Under the pieces are notes generated by a model. The model had not been told where the DNA came from and searched no databases. It saw only the letters and a program-made list of their open reading frames with translations. Both the position numbers and the translations under genes were made by a program. From Nanobdellota archaeon (GTDB lineage: Archaea; Nanobdellota; Nanobdellia; Woesearchaeales; GW2011-AR9), in the NCBI GenBank assembly GCA_038046465.1, contig JBBSWB010000050.1, positions 1 to 27,116 on the forward strand: a stretch of DNA of 27,116 nucleotides, written 5' to 3'. Below, piece by piece: positions 26,340 to 27,116 of the stretch (positions are counted from its first letter, which is position 1; every line of letters begins with the position of its first letter).

Positions 26340-27116
26340 GTGAAAGAAAAGACTTTACCAGAAACAAACGAAAAATCTGTTAAACCATTAGAAGAAATAA
26401 TTGACAACAAAAGACCTTTTTCTTGTTTAAGCTTGCGGGACAGTCCTCTTTTTCAAAGAATAGTGCAAGAAGATTTAGAAAAAATGAAATCTAAAATCGC
26501 TCTTGACCTTCATGATCCAGTGTGGAATATTCTTCTCGTCCAATCAATACAAGGGCATGCACAGAATGGACACGGTCTTTTTAATACCTACAACTGCAAA
26601 TATCCACAAGCGACTATCCCTGATGTGATTGCTGCTGCGGGCATGGATATTAACACAATCAAAGCAGCGCGCCAGGAATTGATTGATGAAGTATATGCCT
26701 GGGTTAATCTTGCTCTAGATAATCATCACACCCATAATAACAAAGAGAATAATAATGCTCCTTTAACCCAAGACAGATTACAATTAAACCATAAACCCCT
26801 GCTCAGAATAAAATTCATTGAAGAGTACCTTGTTGATCCAGTATTTATTCTTAAAGGGATTGTTTTGGCTGGGCACATGGATAATTACCAATCCCGAATG
26901 GAAACTATAAATCATTATAAGACCACTATTAAAGGCAACCCTTTAGAAATTGGGGGTGGCGAAACTTATTTAGTGGATTTAGAAATGCTGGCTAAAGCAG
27001 GGTTAGACCAAGTTAGTTTAGCTAATATTGAACACGATGATCAAAAAATCGATTATTTGCGAAGATTGGGAGTAATTGTCGACGGTACTTGCAGTAGCAA
27101 TAGTAATATCGAAAGT
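26340..27116 (+). CDS. Unrecognised protein, incomplete at the window edge (>=259 aa)
   Basis: Open frame from GTG 26340 (in-frame TAA at 26307-26309) to the last base: VKEKTLPETNEKSVKPLEEIIDNKRPFSCLSLRDSPLFQRIVQEDLEKMKSKIALDLHDPVWNILLVQSIQGHAQNGHGLFNTYNCKYPQATIPDVIAAAGMDINTIKAARQELIDEVYAWVNLALDNHH... Absent from the ORF track, presumably because it has no stop in the window. Confidence 0.75.
   Translation, partial: MKEKTLPETNEKSVKPLEEIIDNKRPFSCLSLRDSPLFQRIVQEDLEKMKSKIALDLHDPVWNILLVQSIQGHAQNGHGLFNTYNCKYPQATIPDVIAAAGMDINTIKAARQELIDEVYAWVNLALDNHHTHNNKENNNAPLTQDRLQLNHKPLLRIKFIEEYLVDPVFILKGIVLAGHMDNYQSRMETINHYKTTIKGNPLEIGGGETYLVDLEMLAKAGLDQVSLANIEHDDQKIDYLRRLGVIVDGTCSSNSNIES

Noticed and set aside
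26161-27116. Calling the RNA plus ORF an IscB/omega-RNA (ISC) system
   Set aside because: The 259 visible residues contain no PLMP-type N-terminus, arginine-rich bridge helix, RuvC or HNH motif, and no element ends were seen; kept only as a hypothesis to be tested by covariance search.
1-27116. Search for transposases, toxin-antitoxin pairs, CRISPR arrays or canonical defence islands
   Set aside because: None recognised; most of the window is housekeeping plus surface-protein content.

Overview
27.1 kb AT-rich archaeal window. Evidence for Archaea: archaeal class I CCA-adding enzyme, CDP-archaeol synthase (CarS), Dph2, Rad50, TATA-box/leaderless starts and GAGGTG-type Shine-Dalgarno sites. 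The small lipoproteins and many short hypotheticals would fit a DPANN-type genome, but that is inference. Recognisable genes: cca, a zinc-ribbon protein, a cupredoxin-like lipoprotein, a 1229-aa membrane-anchored glycoside-hydrolase-like surface protein, a fused tRNA 2-selenouridine synthase, a Cys-rich/LamG lipoprotein, an apparently solitary DNA methyltransferase, a small basic protein with a duplicated 41-aa unit plus histone-H1-like tail, Dph2 in two ORFs, a CDP-alcohol phosphatidyltransferase, carS, two tandem class II (B12) ribonucleotide reductases, a cobalamin adenosyltransferase, a divergent thymidine kinase and Rad50. Best candidates for something undescribed: (1) a compact, strongly folded ~170-nt RNA element at 26161-26332, followed 7 nt later by an unrecognised ORF (26340 to window end) missing from the ORF track; (2) the duplicated YLYFVDK-x-GNVARA protein with an H1-like tail; (3) Dph2 broken between its first and second cluster cysteines; (4) tandem class II RNRs of which only one carries the C-terminal Cys tail. 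The supplied ORF track labels 22198..22380 and 22562..23575 as '+', but both translations read from the minus strand. No tRNA, rRNA, CRISPR array or transposase was found by eye.
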